Assembly (NCBI GenBank): GCA_002329075.1
Contig: DCXR01000074.1
Coordinates: forward strand, 18,083-82,082
Length of the DNA stretch: 64,000 bases
Direction: 5' to 3'
DNA from: Candidatus Neomicrothrix sp. UBA2131
GTDB lineage: Bacteria > Actinomycetota > Acidimicrobiia > Acidimicrobiales > MedAcidi-G1
Under the pieces are notes generated by a model. That model saw only the letters and a program-made list of their open reading frames with translations, did no database searches and had not been told where the DNA came from. Both the position numbers and the translations under genes were made by a program. Below, piece after piece: positions 1-8,032 of this stretch; position 1 is the stretch's first letter; each line of letters opens with the position of its first letter.

Positions 1-30
1 ACGCTAGCCAGTGGCCGATGGCGGGCAGGG

Positions 31-327
31 TCAGGTGGCCAGACGGAGTAGCGCCGTCGCCGCCATGGCGCCGACGACGACCACCACGAACGGCGCCCGC
101 CTCCACACCGCCACCGCCCCGACGGCCACCCCGATCAGGCGTCCGTCGATGACCAGCATCTGGCCGTCGGTGACCGACACGATTGCCAGGATCGCAGCGA
201 ACAGGGCTGCCGGCAGCAGGCCGGCGGCAGGTGCCAGCCGCACGGACAGCCGATCGCCGGTCACGAGGCCGACCACCTTGAACAGGTAGGCGCCACCGGA
301 GAGAACGAGGATGGCGGTCCAGCTCAT
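31..327 (-). CDS. azlD: AzlD-family branched-chain amino acid transport protein (98 aa)
   Basis: Small hydrophobic protein MSWTAILVLSGGAYLFKVVGL... The start was trimmed from ORF 31..618 to the ATG at 325-327, which overlaps the azlC stop by 4 nt (ATGA). The upstream part of the ORF is Arg-rich junk. Confidence 0.8.
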   Translation of the reverse strand: MSWTAILVLSGGAYLFKVVGLVTGDRLSVRLAPAAGLLPAALFAAILAIVSVTDGQMLVIDGRLIGVAVGAVAVWRRAPFVVVVVGAMAATALLRLAT

Positions 328-998
328 GCGGCCCCCGCTCCCCGACCCGGGCGGGCCCGTAGCCACAGGCCCGGACCGACGGCCAGTGCGGCCAACAACA
401 TCGGGGCGCCCGCCGGGGAGAGCGGAACGGCCACGACGGCGATCGTCGCACCGATGAGTGCCGTCGCCTGCCCCGGCCTGGTTCGCAGGTGCGGCACGAT
501 CAGCGCCACGAATGCCGCAGGGAATGCGGCGTCGAGGCCCCAGGCGTCGGGATCGTCGAGGAGCCCGCCGGCCAGCACGCCGGCGATCGTGCCCAGGTTC
601 CAGAACACGAACAGCCACAGTCCGGTGAACCAGAAGGCATCGCGCGCATCGACCGGGTCGTCCTGTGCGCTCGCCATGGCCGTGGTCTCGTCGATGACGA
701 AGTGGGCGGCAACGGCCCGCCGACCGGGTCGGGAACGCAGGACCGGCGCCACGACCGGCCCGTAGAGCGAGTTGCGGGCGGCCAACAGGAGCCCGCTACC
801 GACCGCCGCGACCGGGTTGCCACCGGCACCGACCACAGAGACCGCTGCGAACTGGGACGCGCCGGTGAACGTGAGAGCCGAGAGAGCCGCCGCCTGGACG
901 AGGCTCAGGCCTGCCGAGTCGGCGAGCACCCCGAACGTGATGCCGATGAGCCCGGTGGCCACGGTGAGGACGAACGCCTCGCGTCGGTGGGAGGTCAT
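324..998 (-). CDS. azlC: AzlC-family branched-chain amino acid permease subunit
   Basis: 224-aa polytopic membrane protein with AzlC-like sequence (FGVLADSAGLS..., TFTGASQFAAV). It is paired with azlD by a 4-nt overlap, and its start overlaps the upstream stop (ATGA). Confidence 0.85.
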   Translation of the reverse strand: MTSHRREAFVLTVATGLIGITFGVLADSAGLSLVQAAALSALTFTGASQFAAVSVVGAGGNPVAAVGSGLLLAARNSLYGPVVAPVLRSRPGRRAVAAHFVIDETTAMASAQDDPVDARDAFWFTGLWLFVFWNLGTIAGVLAGGLLDDPDAWGLDAAFPAAFVALIVPHLRTRPGQATALIGATIAVVAVPLSPAGAPMLLAALAVGPGLWLRARPGRGAGAA

Positions 999-1516
999 GC
1001 CGGGGTCGGTAACCGGCCCGTAAGCGCCTCGACGAGGAGGCGGATCTCTGCAGCACAGGCGTCGAACACGGCCTGGTCACCGGCGGCGGGGTCGACCACC
1101 TCCTCCCAGGATTCCACCTCGACGTCGGCGAGGTCGAGGGACGCCACCCGCTCGGCAAGGGGCCCGGTTTCCGACAGGTCACGGATGAGGCGGGGCAGGG
1201 TCGCTGTCCGGTCGGCCGCCTCGGGATGGTGGCGGCGTATCCAGGCCACGTGGTCGGGCTCCATCACCACGATGAGGTCGGCAGCGGCCTGCTCGTCACC
1301 GAACTGGCTGCTGCGGTGGTCGGGGTCGGCGAGCCCGTGGTCCCGCAGGGCGGACCGGGTTCGACTGCTCATGGGGTGGCCCTCCAACACCAGCGTTCCG
1401 GCCGACGTGGCCCGGTAGCCGGGCGCCAGTTCGGCGAACATGCGTCGGGCCATCACGGACCGGGCGGCGTTCCCGGTGCAGACGAAGCAGACGACCGGGC
1501 GGACATCGGCGGTCAC
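995..1516 (-). CDS. Low-molecular-weight phosphatase family protein (LMW-PTP/ArsC-like fold)
   Basis: P-loop VCFVCTGNAARS (CX5R-S) lies at the N-terminus of the trimmed ORF. The GTG start at 1514-1516 overlaps the upstream stop (GTGA). The 5' part of ORF 995..2011 is Arg-rich and overlaps the thioesterase gene. Confidence 0.75.
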   Translation of the reverse strand: MTADVRPVVCFVCTGNAARSVMARRMFAELAPGYRATSAGTLVLEGHPMSSRTRSALRDHGLADPDHRSSQFGDEQAAADLIVVMEPDHVAWIRRHHPEAADRTATLPRLIRDLSETGPLAERVASLDLADVEVESWEEVVDPAAGDQAVFDACAAEIRLLVEALTGRLPTPA

Positions 1517-2169
1517 GTTGTGTCCGTCCCCTGCAGGCTTTCCTGATCGCGGGAGACGGTGACGAAAAGCGCCTCGGCCTCGGCGGTGACCTCGCCCCCG
1601 GCGAGGCAGCGGGCCCTGGCGATCAGCCGCCGACCGCTGTGCCGCTCGACCCAGGCCTCGAAGCGCAGGTCCACGTCGATGGGCGTGGGCTTCCGGTAGC
1701 GGATCTGCAGACGGGCGGTGAACGCCTGACCGGCGTCGACGAGGCCGAGGGTGCCGCTGAGCACGTCGTCGAAGAGCCCGGCGACGTAGCCGCCGTGGAT
1801 CCGTCCCGGGGGGCCCTCGTGGCAGCGGTCGACCCGGACCTCCCCCACGACGATCGGCTTGTCGGCATCGTCCCCACCGGTCGTGACGGCCAGCGGTGGC
1901 GCCAGCGGGCTGCGCCCGCCGCGGAACAGGCTGTGGTCCCGATACTCGACGCGCAGGCGGGCTGCGTCGTCTTCGTCGACCTCGTCGGCGGGTATCTCGT
2001 ACCAACGCCACCGGACGACATCGCCCAGCGAGTCCCGGACGGCGGCCACCCGGTCGGCAGCCTCGCCGAGAACCTCGGCGGTCGGGTCGAGGGTGTGCAG
2101 GTCGACCAGCAGGGCACGCACCTCGTCGGCCAGTCGGATGCCGGCGCTGCGCTCCTGCGACTCGGTCAT
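1513..2169 (-). CDS. PaaI/hotdog-fold thioesterase family protein
   Basis: 218 aa. The C-terminal half carries a hotdog signature (GRIHGGYVAGLFDDVLSGTLG ... FEAWVERHSGRRLIARARC). Confidence 0.7.
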   Translation of the reverse strand: MTESQERSAGIRLADEVRALLVDLHTLDPTAEVLGEAADRVAAVRDSLGDVVRWRWYEIPADEVDEDDAARLRVEYRDHSLFRGGRSPLAPPLAVTTGGDDADKPIVVGEVRVDRCHEGPPGRIHGGYVAGLFDDVLSGTLGLVDAGQAFTARLQIRYRKPTPIDVDLRFEAWVERHSGRRLIARARCLAGGEVTAEAEALFVTVSRDQESLQGTDTT

Positions 2170-2207
2170 GGGGAATTGTCTAGCGGGCAGACCGGCCGAC
2201 GTGCGGC

Positions 2208-3230
2208 TCAGCCGGCGAGCAGGCCGGTGCCCACCCGTCGTCGGTGGTGGGCGGCGTCACCCCAGGAGGCCGACAGCGCCCAGCCGCGCTTGAGCCAGAG
2301 TTGGAGGTCGTGCTCGATCGTGTAGCCGATGGCGCCGTGGCACTGGAGCGCCGACCGGCACGCCAGGTCGACGGCATCGGATGCCAGCGCCTTGGCCATC
2401 GCCACGTCGACGGACGGATCACCACCCTCCGGGCCCTCGCCGTGTGCCAACACCCAGGCGGCCTTGTGGACCATCGGTGCAGCGAACTCGAGGGCGATCG
2501 CCACGTTCGAACAGTGGTGCTTGACCGCCTGGTTGACGCCCACCGGCCTCCCGAACTGCTCCCGTTCGGCCACATAGGCCACCGTCATGTCGAGCAGTCG
2601 ACGCCCCACCCCGACGGCCTGTGCGGCGGCGGCCAACGCCCCCCGGTCGAGCACCTCGCCGACCACAGACGGTTCCTCGCTGACGAGGGTGTCGGGGGAC
2701 GGCGTCCAGTCGACCCGTGCGAGGCGGCGGGCGCGGTCCACGCTCTGTCGCGACACGGACGAGAACCTGCCGGCCGGAACAGCGTGCACCTCGCTGCCGG
2801 CGCACATGAGCGCCAGGTCGGCACGCTCCGCAGCCAGCACGAAGGCATCGGTGGGCGCTCCGGCGGTGAGCACCGCCGAACCGTCGGCGGCCCGGCCCAG
2901 CCACTCGGCGGCGAGTGGCCCGGGGGCGTGGTCGCGCAGGATGGGGATGGCGACGGCGGCATGTTCAGCGACCGGCTCGGGGCAGGCGGCGTAACCGAGT
3001 TCCTCGAGCAGCAGCACCAGGTCGCAGGTCGACATGCCGAGGCCGCCGTGGTCTTCGGGTGCGGCCACGCCGAGCACCCCGGTCGCAGCCAGGGTCTCCC
3101 AGAGGCCGGGTGCCCGGCCCGCGGGGTCGTCCCATGCGGCCCTCACGGCGGACGGCGGGCACTCGTTGGCGAGAATGCCCCTGACGGTGTCGGCGAACAG
3201 GACCTGATCGTCGGTGAAGGCGAAGTGCAT
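2208..3230 (-). CDS. Acyl-CoA dehydrogenase family protein, probable non-catalytic partner subunit (IpdE2/FadE33-like)
   Basis: Trimmed to MHFAFTDDQVLFADTV... (ATG 3228-3230). ACAD-like middle and C-terminal domains are present (REQFGRPVGVNQAVKH, HGAIGYTIEHDLQLW). It lacks the terminal xGTxEIQ segment that the adjacent ACAD retains. Confidence 0.7.
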   Translation of the reverse strand: MHFAFTDDQVLFADTVRGILANECPPSAVRAAWDDPAGRAPGLWETLAATGVLGVAAPEDHGGLGMSTCDLVLLLEELGYAACPEPVAEHAAVAIPILRDHAPGPLAAEWLGRAADGSAVLTAGAPTDAFVLAAERADLALMCAGSEVHAVPAGRFSSVSRQSVDRARRLARVDWTPSPDTLVSEEPSVVGEVLDRGALAAAAQAVGVGRRLLDMTVAYVAEREQFGRPVGVNQAVKHHCSNVAIALEFAAPMVHKAAWVLAHGEGPEGGDPSVDVAMAKALASDAVDLACRSALQCHGAIGYTIEHDLQLWLKRGWALSASWGDAAHHRRRVGTGLLAG

Positions 3231-3238
3231 CGTCTCCG

Positions 3239-4399
3239 CTACTTCCTCGGGAGGCCGAGCACCCGCTCGGCGATGATGTTGCGCTGGATCTCGTTGGTGC
3301 CGGCGTAGATGGGGCCGGCCAGGGCGAAGAGGTAGCCGGCCATCCACGAGCCACCGTCGACGGCATCGTCTGCGGCGAGTTCGCCATGTGATCCGAGCAG
3401 GCGCAGTGCGGTGGCGTGTAGTTCGACGTCGAGTTCCGACCAGAAGACCTTCATCATCGATGAAGAGGCACCGAGGTCGCCGCCGGCCTGGAGCCGGGCG
3501 GCGGCGGCGTAGGTCTGCCACCGGTAGGCGTCGGCAGCGATCCGGGCCCGCACTACCTGGTCCAGGATGCCGGGGTCGACGTCGTGTTCGGCGCTGACCC
3601 GGTGATAGAGGTCGGCCAGGCGGGCGGCGGCGGCGAGGAAGCGGCCGGGGGCCCGCAGGTTGAGGCCCCGTTCACTCGACGTGGTGGCCATGGCGACCGA
3701 CCAGCCCTGGCCCTCCCCGCCCAGCAGGTTGGACTCGTGGACCCGGCAGCCGTCGAAGAACAGTTCGGCGAATGCCGGCTCGCCGTCGAGGCGGCCGACC
3801 GTACGCCGTTCGAGTCCGGGGCTCTCGGCGGGGACCAGCAGGTAGGACAACCCACGGTGGCGCTCCGATTCGGGGTCGGTGCGCACGATGCAGAACAGCC
3901 AGTCGGCCCAGGCACCACGGGAACACCACGTCTTCTGGCCGTCGAGCACGAAGTGATCGCCGTCCCGGACGGCCTTCGTGGCGATCGACGCCAGGTCGCT
4001 GCCGGAGTCCGGCTCGGACCAGCCCTGGGCCCAGATCTCGTCACCGGAGGCCATGGCGGGCAGGAGACGGTCGCGCTGGTCCTGGGTTCCGAAGGCGAAC
4101 AGCGTCGGGCCGAGCAGGGTGATGCCGTTGGTGTTGACCCGGCCCGGTGCGCCCGAGCGGTAGTACTCCTCCTCGAAGAGCAGCCACTCGACGAGGCCGA
4201 CCTCGCGGCCACCGTACGCCTCGGGCCAATTGACGACAGACCAGCGGGCGTCGAAGAGCACCCGCTCCCACTGACGGTGTGCCTCGAAGCCCTCGGGCGT
4301 GTCCATCGAGGGCAGCGGTTCGTCGGGGATGTTCTCGGCCAGCCAGGTGCGGACCTCGTCGCGGAACGCGACCTGCCCGGAGGTGAAGCGCAGGTCCAT
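3239..4399 (-). CDS. Acyl-CoA dehydrogenase (IpdE1/FadE30-like)
   Basis: 386 aa with ACAD motifs (WAQGWSEPDSGSDLAS, DGQKTWCS, IYAGTNEIQRNIIAERVLGLP). It lies 8 nt upstream of a second ACAD gene, the usual layout of alpha2beta2 steroid ACADs. Confidence 0.85.
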   Translation of the reverse strand: MDLRFTSGQVAFRDEVRTWLAENIPDEPLPSMDTPEGFEAHRQWERVLFDARWSVVNWPEAYGGREVGLVEWLLFEEEYYRSGAPGRVNTNGITLLGPTLFAFGTQDQRDRLLPAMASGDEIWAQGWSEPDSGSDLASIATKAVRDGDHFVLDGQKTWCSRGAWADWLFCIVRTDPESERHRGLSYLLVPAESPGLERRTVGRLDGEPAFAELFFDGCRVHESNLLGGEGQGWSVAMATTSSERGLNLRAPGRFLAAAARLADLYHRVSAEHDVDPGILDQVVRARIAADAYRWQTYAAAARLQAGGDLGASSSMMKVFWSELDVELHATALRLLGSHGELAADDAVDGGSWMAGYLFALAGPIYAGTNEIQRNIIAERVLGLPRK

Positions 4400-4408
4400 G
4401 GTGCCGCC

Positions 4409-5467
4409 TCAGGCGCCGCAGAGCCGGTCGAGGGCTTCGCCGGCCTCGGCCATGATCCTGCCGACCAGTTCGGCGGCCGAGGGCAGTTCGTCGATCGAGC
4501 CGACGCCCTGGCCGGTCGGCAGGATGCCGACCTCGGTGCGGCCCTCGACCATGGTGGCCCGGGTGAGCATCGGAGCGTTGGCGGCCAGCGCAACCTGTCC
4601 CCAGGTCAGGTCCTGGGCCCTTTTCATCCGGAGGCCCTCGGCGAGGAGTGCCCGCAGCGGGGTGCCGGTGAGCCGTCGGAAGCGCAGGGCGTTGGCGGCT
4701 GCACGGGGGAAGCGGGTGAGCCGGGCAGCCTCGAGTCGGCGGATCATGTCGGTGGCGATAACCCGCTGCGGAGCGCCGTCGATGGCCGTGGTGACCACGG
4801 TGCCGGTGACCGGGGTGGCGAGGTACCGGGCCTTGACGACATCCGGAACGGTGCTCTCGGCCGTGAGCAGGAAGCGGGTGCCCATGGCGATGCCATCGGC
4901 ACCCCAGGCCAGTGCAGCGGCGAGGCCCCGTCCGTCGACGAACCCGCCGGCGGCGATGACCGGCAGGTCGACGGTGTCGAGCACCTGGGGGATGAGCAGC
5001 GAGGTCGGGACGACGCCGGTGTGGCCACCGCCCTCGGTGCCCTGGGCGATGACGGCGTCGACACCCCATTCGGCGACCTTCTCGGCGTGGCGGCATGCCC
5101 CGATGGTGGGAATGACCACGACGCCGGCCTCCTTGAGCCGGGCGACGGTGGCCTGGCCCGGGGCCTGGGCGAACGATGCCACCTTCACCTCGGCGGTGAT
5201 GAGGTGCTCGACCCGGCGTTCGACGTCGTCGGCGTCGGTGCGCATGTTCACGCCGAAGGGGGCGTCGGTGCCGCCCCGCACCTCGTCGATGTCGGCCACC
5301 ATCTCATCGAAGGTCAGGGTGGCGGCGGCGAGGATGCCGAGGCCGCCGGCGTTGGCCGTGGCAATGGCGAGCCGGGGTCCGGCCACCCATCCCATACCGG
5401 TCTGCACGATCGGATACCGCACCCCGACCAGGTCGCAGAACCGCGTGTGTAGCCGGGGGTCGCCCAT
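4409..5467 (-). CDS. ipdC: Nitronate monooxygenase/2-nitropropane dioxygenase-family flavoprotein (IpdC-like enoyl-CoA reductase)
   Basis: 352 aa, NMO/FabK-type TIM-barrel motifs (YPIVQTGMGWVAG, VIAQGTEGGGHTG, IAAGGFVDGRG). It sits immediately downstream of ipdAB, as Rv3553 does in M. tuberculosis. Confidence 0.75.
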   Translation of the reverse strand: MGDPRLHTRFCDLVGVRYPIVQTGMGWVAGPRLAIATANAGGLGILAAATLTFDEMVADIDEVRGGTDAPFGVNMRTDADDVERRVEHLITAEVKVASFAQAPGQATVARLKEAGVVVIPTIGACRHAEKVAEWGVDAVIAQGTEGGGHTGVVPTSLLIPQVLDTVDLPVIAAGGFVDGRGLAAALAWGADGIAMGTRFLLTAESTVPDVVKARYLATPVTGTVVTTAIDGAPQRVIATDMIRRLEAARLTRFPRAAANALRFRRLTGTPLRALLAEGLRMKRAQDLTWGQVALAANAPMLTRATMVEGRTEVGILPTGQGVGSIDELPSAAELVGRIMAEAGEALDRLCGA

Positions 5468-5472
5468 GGGGC

Positions 5473-6234
5473 TCAGCGGAACTCGGCCTTGCGGAGGCCG
5501 TGGGGGTCGATGACCTCGCGGATGAGGCGCAGCTCCTCATCGGTCGGCTGGCGGGACTCGGCTACCTCGTCGGGCACGACCAGTTCGAAGCCGGTGGCAT
5601 CGACCACCTCATCGACCGTGACACCCGGGTGCACCGACACCAACTGCATGCGCTGTTCGTCGTTGGCGAAGTCGAACACGCCGAGGTTCGAAACCACCCG
5701 GCGGATCGCGTGGTTGTCCCGGATGAACCGGGAGAGTCCGGCCACCCGGTCGTAGCCGGGTCCCGACACCACGTCGACGGTCGGCACGAAGGACCGGGTC
5801 GAGTGGTTGGGTACCCAGTACGAGGTGGCGTGGTTGACGAGGTTCCCGGGGGCACCCCGGAGGCCCAGCAGCTGTGCCCTGGGCTGTCGCCAGTCGCCGA
5901 TGGCGGCCAGGTTCTGGTTGCCGTGGGCGTCGATCTGGCTGGCGCCCATCACGACGTGGCGGCGGCCGGACCAGACGATGTCGAACACGTCCCGGTAGGG
6001 CATCCAGGCCTCGACCAGGCGGGGGGCCTCGTCATCGCCGACGGGGAGGATGTTGGCGGCCAGCACCGAGACGGCGTCGGTCATGACCATGTCGGGCTCG
6101 AAGGTGGCCCGGGCCAGACGTCCGCCGATGATCGGCGTGGTGCCGATCGGGTTGCAGAGGATCTCGCCGTCGCCCCTGAAGGCCTCCGCCATGGCCACGG
6201 CGCAGACCTCGTCGATCGTCGCCGGGTCGCTCAC
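5473..6234 (-). CDS. ipdB: CoA-transferase subunit B (IpdB-like)
   Basis: Trimmed to GTG 6232-6234 (VSDPATIDEVCAV...), overlapping the ipdA stop (GTGA). Blocks GRRHVVMGASQIDAHGNQN, NHATSYWVPNH, RVVSNLGVFDF and PTDEELRLIREVIDP match my recollection of Rv3552. Confidence 0.85.
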   Translation of the reverse strand: MSDPATIDEVCAVAMAEAFRGDGEILCNPIGTTPIIGGRLARATFEPDMVMTDAVSVLAANILPVGDDEAPRLVEAWMPYRDVFDIVWSGRRHVVMGASQIDAHGNQNLAAIGDWRQPRAQLLGLRGAPGNLVNHATSYWVPNHSTRSFVPTVDVVSGPGYDRVAGLSRFIRDNHAIRRVVSNLGVFDFANDEQRMQLVSVHPGVTVDEVVDATGFELVVPDEVAESRQPTDEELRLIREVIDPHGLRKAEFR

Positions 6235-7109
6235 GAACTGCTCCCCTCGCGTGCGTCGACCGCCGCCAGGTAGGCCTCGTGGCCGGGGGCGTCGACGTAG
6301 CACTCCCGGAACGCCGCCCAGGCCTCGGGGTCCTTCGCCGTGGCTGCGTACTCGCGCTGGAAGGCCTCGTCCCGGCCGTAGTCGGGCGGACACTCGGTGA
6401 AGTGGGCGCCACGGGGCGCCTCGACGACCCCGTCCACGAACAGCCGCGGGATCTTGAGCGTGTGGAAGGTGCCCTCGTCGAGGAGCTGCCCGGTGGGCAC
6501 GACCTTCTCGCAACTCATGAAGGTGCGCTTCGCCGCCTTGGCGAAGAGGTCGTCGAAGTAGAGGTCGGGGCCGAGGAACTGTCCGTTGCCGCCGGCGTCG
6601 GCACGGTTCATGTGGACCAGCGACACGTCGATGTCGAAGGCGGGGATGGCGACGAGTTCCTCATGGTGGCCGTCGGCATCAGGGTACGGCGAGGCCACGG
6701 TGCGCAGGTCGGGGTTCATGGTCAGCATGTCGCTGCCGAGCCCGGCCCTGGTCGGGTAGAAGGGCACCCGGTGGGCGGCGGCCAGCAGCCCCAGGTAGAA
6801 GGCTCCCTCGTCGAACTCGGCGAAATCGACGGCAGCGGTCTGGCGGGCCACCCGGAAGTGCGGCTCGAGGGGTATCGAGTCGAGCGACACGAAGCCGTAG
6901 ACGACCTTGCGGGCCTTGCCGGTGGCGCAAAGCAGGCCGATGTCGGGGCCGCCGTAGGCGACGATGGTGAGGTCTATGAGGTCGCTGCGGGCGATCGCCC
7001 GCACCAGCGACATGGGCTTGCGGCGAGAACCCCAGCCACCGATGCCGATGGTCATGCCGCTCTCGAGTTCGGCAACCACCTCGTCCTCGGTCATCCGCTT
7101 GTCGGGCAC
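6231..7109 (-). CDS. ipdA: CoA-transferase subunit A (IpdA-like)
   Basis: 292 aa with a GTG start. Blocks MPDKR..., GIGGWGSRRKPM, YGGPDIGLLC, YGFVSLDS and PDYGRDEAFQREY match my recollection of Rv3551. Confidence 0.85.
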   Translation of the reverse strand: MPDKRMTEDEVVAELESGMTIGIGGWGSRRKPMSLVRAIARSDLIDLTIVAYGGPDIGLLCATGKARKVVYGFVSLDSIPLEPHFRVARQTAAVDFAEFDEGAFYLGLLAAAHRVPFYPTRAGLGSDMLTMNPDLRTVASPYPDADGHHEELVAIPAFDIDVSLVHMNRADAGGNGQFLGPDLYFDDLFAKAAKRTFMSCEKVVPTGQLLDEGTFHTLKIPRLFVDGVVEAPRGAHFTECPPDYGRDEAFQREYAATAKDPEAWAAFRECYVDAPGHEAYLAAVDAREGSSS

Positions 7110-7146
7110 GGGCCGATGGTAGGCGAGGTGAGCCCCCGGCGACGAT

Positions 7147-7163
7147 CCTGACGGACTGTCAGA
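7147..7163. promoter_or_regulatory. Palindromic operator candidate, copy 1: CCTGAC-GGACT-GTCAG(A)
   Basis: Lies in the 114-bp divergent intergenic region between ipdA (start 7109) and the SDR gene (start 7224). The same CCTGAC-N5-GTCAG core recurs at 15574 and 34480. Confidence 0.55.
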
Positions 7164-7223
7164 AAGTGAAACCTGTCACCGCCAACGGGCGGGAACGGCC
7201 CCGGACCGGGGCCGGGGGCTAGC

Positions 7224-8024
7224 GTGCCCGTCGTGGACTCCCCCGTCGACCCCGCATCCGCCCTCGACTTCAGCGGGCAGACCGTGCTCGTCACCGGCGG
7301 CACCCGCGGGCTGGGCCGGGTCATCTGCCGAACTTTCCTCGATGCCGGCGCCGACGTGGTCACCTGCGCCCGAAGCGCCCCCGACGAGCCCGTCACGTCG
7401 TCCGATGGCACATGTTCGGCCACCTTCTTCGCCGCCGACGTCCGGGACCCCGACCAGGTCGGGGCCGTTGTCACAGCCGCCGTCGAACAGACCGGGCGCC
7501 TCGACGTGCTGGTCAACAACGCCGGCGGCGCCCCGCCCGCCGAATCCTCGACGGCCTCGCCCAACTTCAACGCCAAGGTCATCGCCCTCAACCTGACCAG
7601 CGCACTCACGTTCAGCCAGGCCGCCCACCGGGCCATGGCCGACTCGGGCGGGGTGATCCTCAACATCTCATCCGTGAGCGGCACCCGCACCAACCCCGGT
7701 GGCGCCGCCTACGGGGCCGCCAAGGCAGGCCTCGCCAACCTGGGTCGCACCCTCGCCCACGAGTGGGGTCCGGCCATCCGGGTGGTCACCGTCACCGTCG
7801 GGATGATCGTCACCGACGAGGCCACCGCCTTCTACGGCGACGGCGGACGCCGGGAGGCCATCGGCGACCTGCTCGCCGCCGGCCGCATGGGCGAACCAGA
7901 GGACGTGGCCGACATGTGCCTGGTGCTGGCCTCGCCGCTTGCCCGCTGGGTCACCGGCACCGAAGTCGAGGTGCACGGCGGCGACGAGCGCCCCGGCTAC
8001 ATCGACGCGATCAGGTCGGACTGA
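7224..8024 (+). CDS. SDR-family oxidoreductase
   Basis: 266 aa. Motifs: TGGTRGLG, NNAG, and the catalytic S...YGAAKAG triad. Confidence 0.9.
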   Translation: MPVVDSPVDPASALDFSGQTVLVTGGTRGLGRVICRTFLDAGADVVTCARSAPDEPVTSSDGTCSATFFAADVRDPDQVGAVVTAAVEQTGRLDVLVNNAGGAPPAESSTASPNFNAKVIALNLTSALTFSQAAHRAMADSGGVILNISSVSGTRTNPGGAAYGAAKAGLANLGRTLAHEWGPAIRVVTVTVGMIVTDEATAFYGDGGRREAIGDLLAAGRMGEPEDVADMCLVLASPLARWVTGTEVEVHGGDERPGYIDAIRSD

Positions 8025-8032
8025 CCGGTTCC

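Noticed and set aside
7164-7180. Direct repeat CTGTCA...CTGTCAC next to palindrome copy 1
   Set aside because: It consists of only two 6-nt copies, one of which overlaps the palindrome arm. There is no recurrence at the other two sites.
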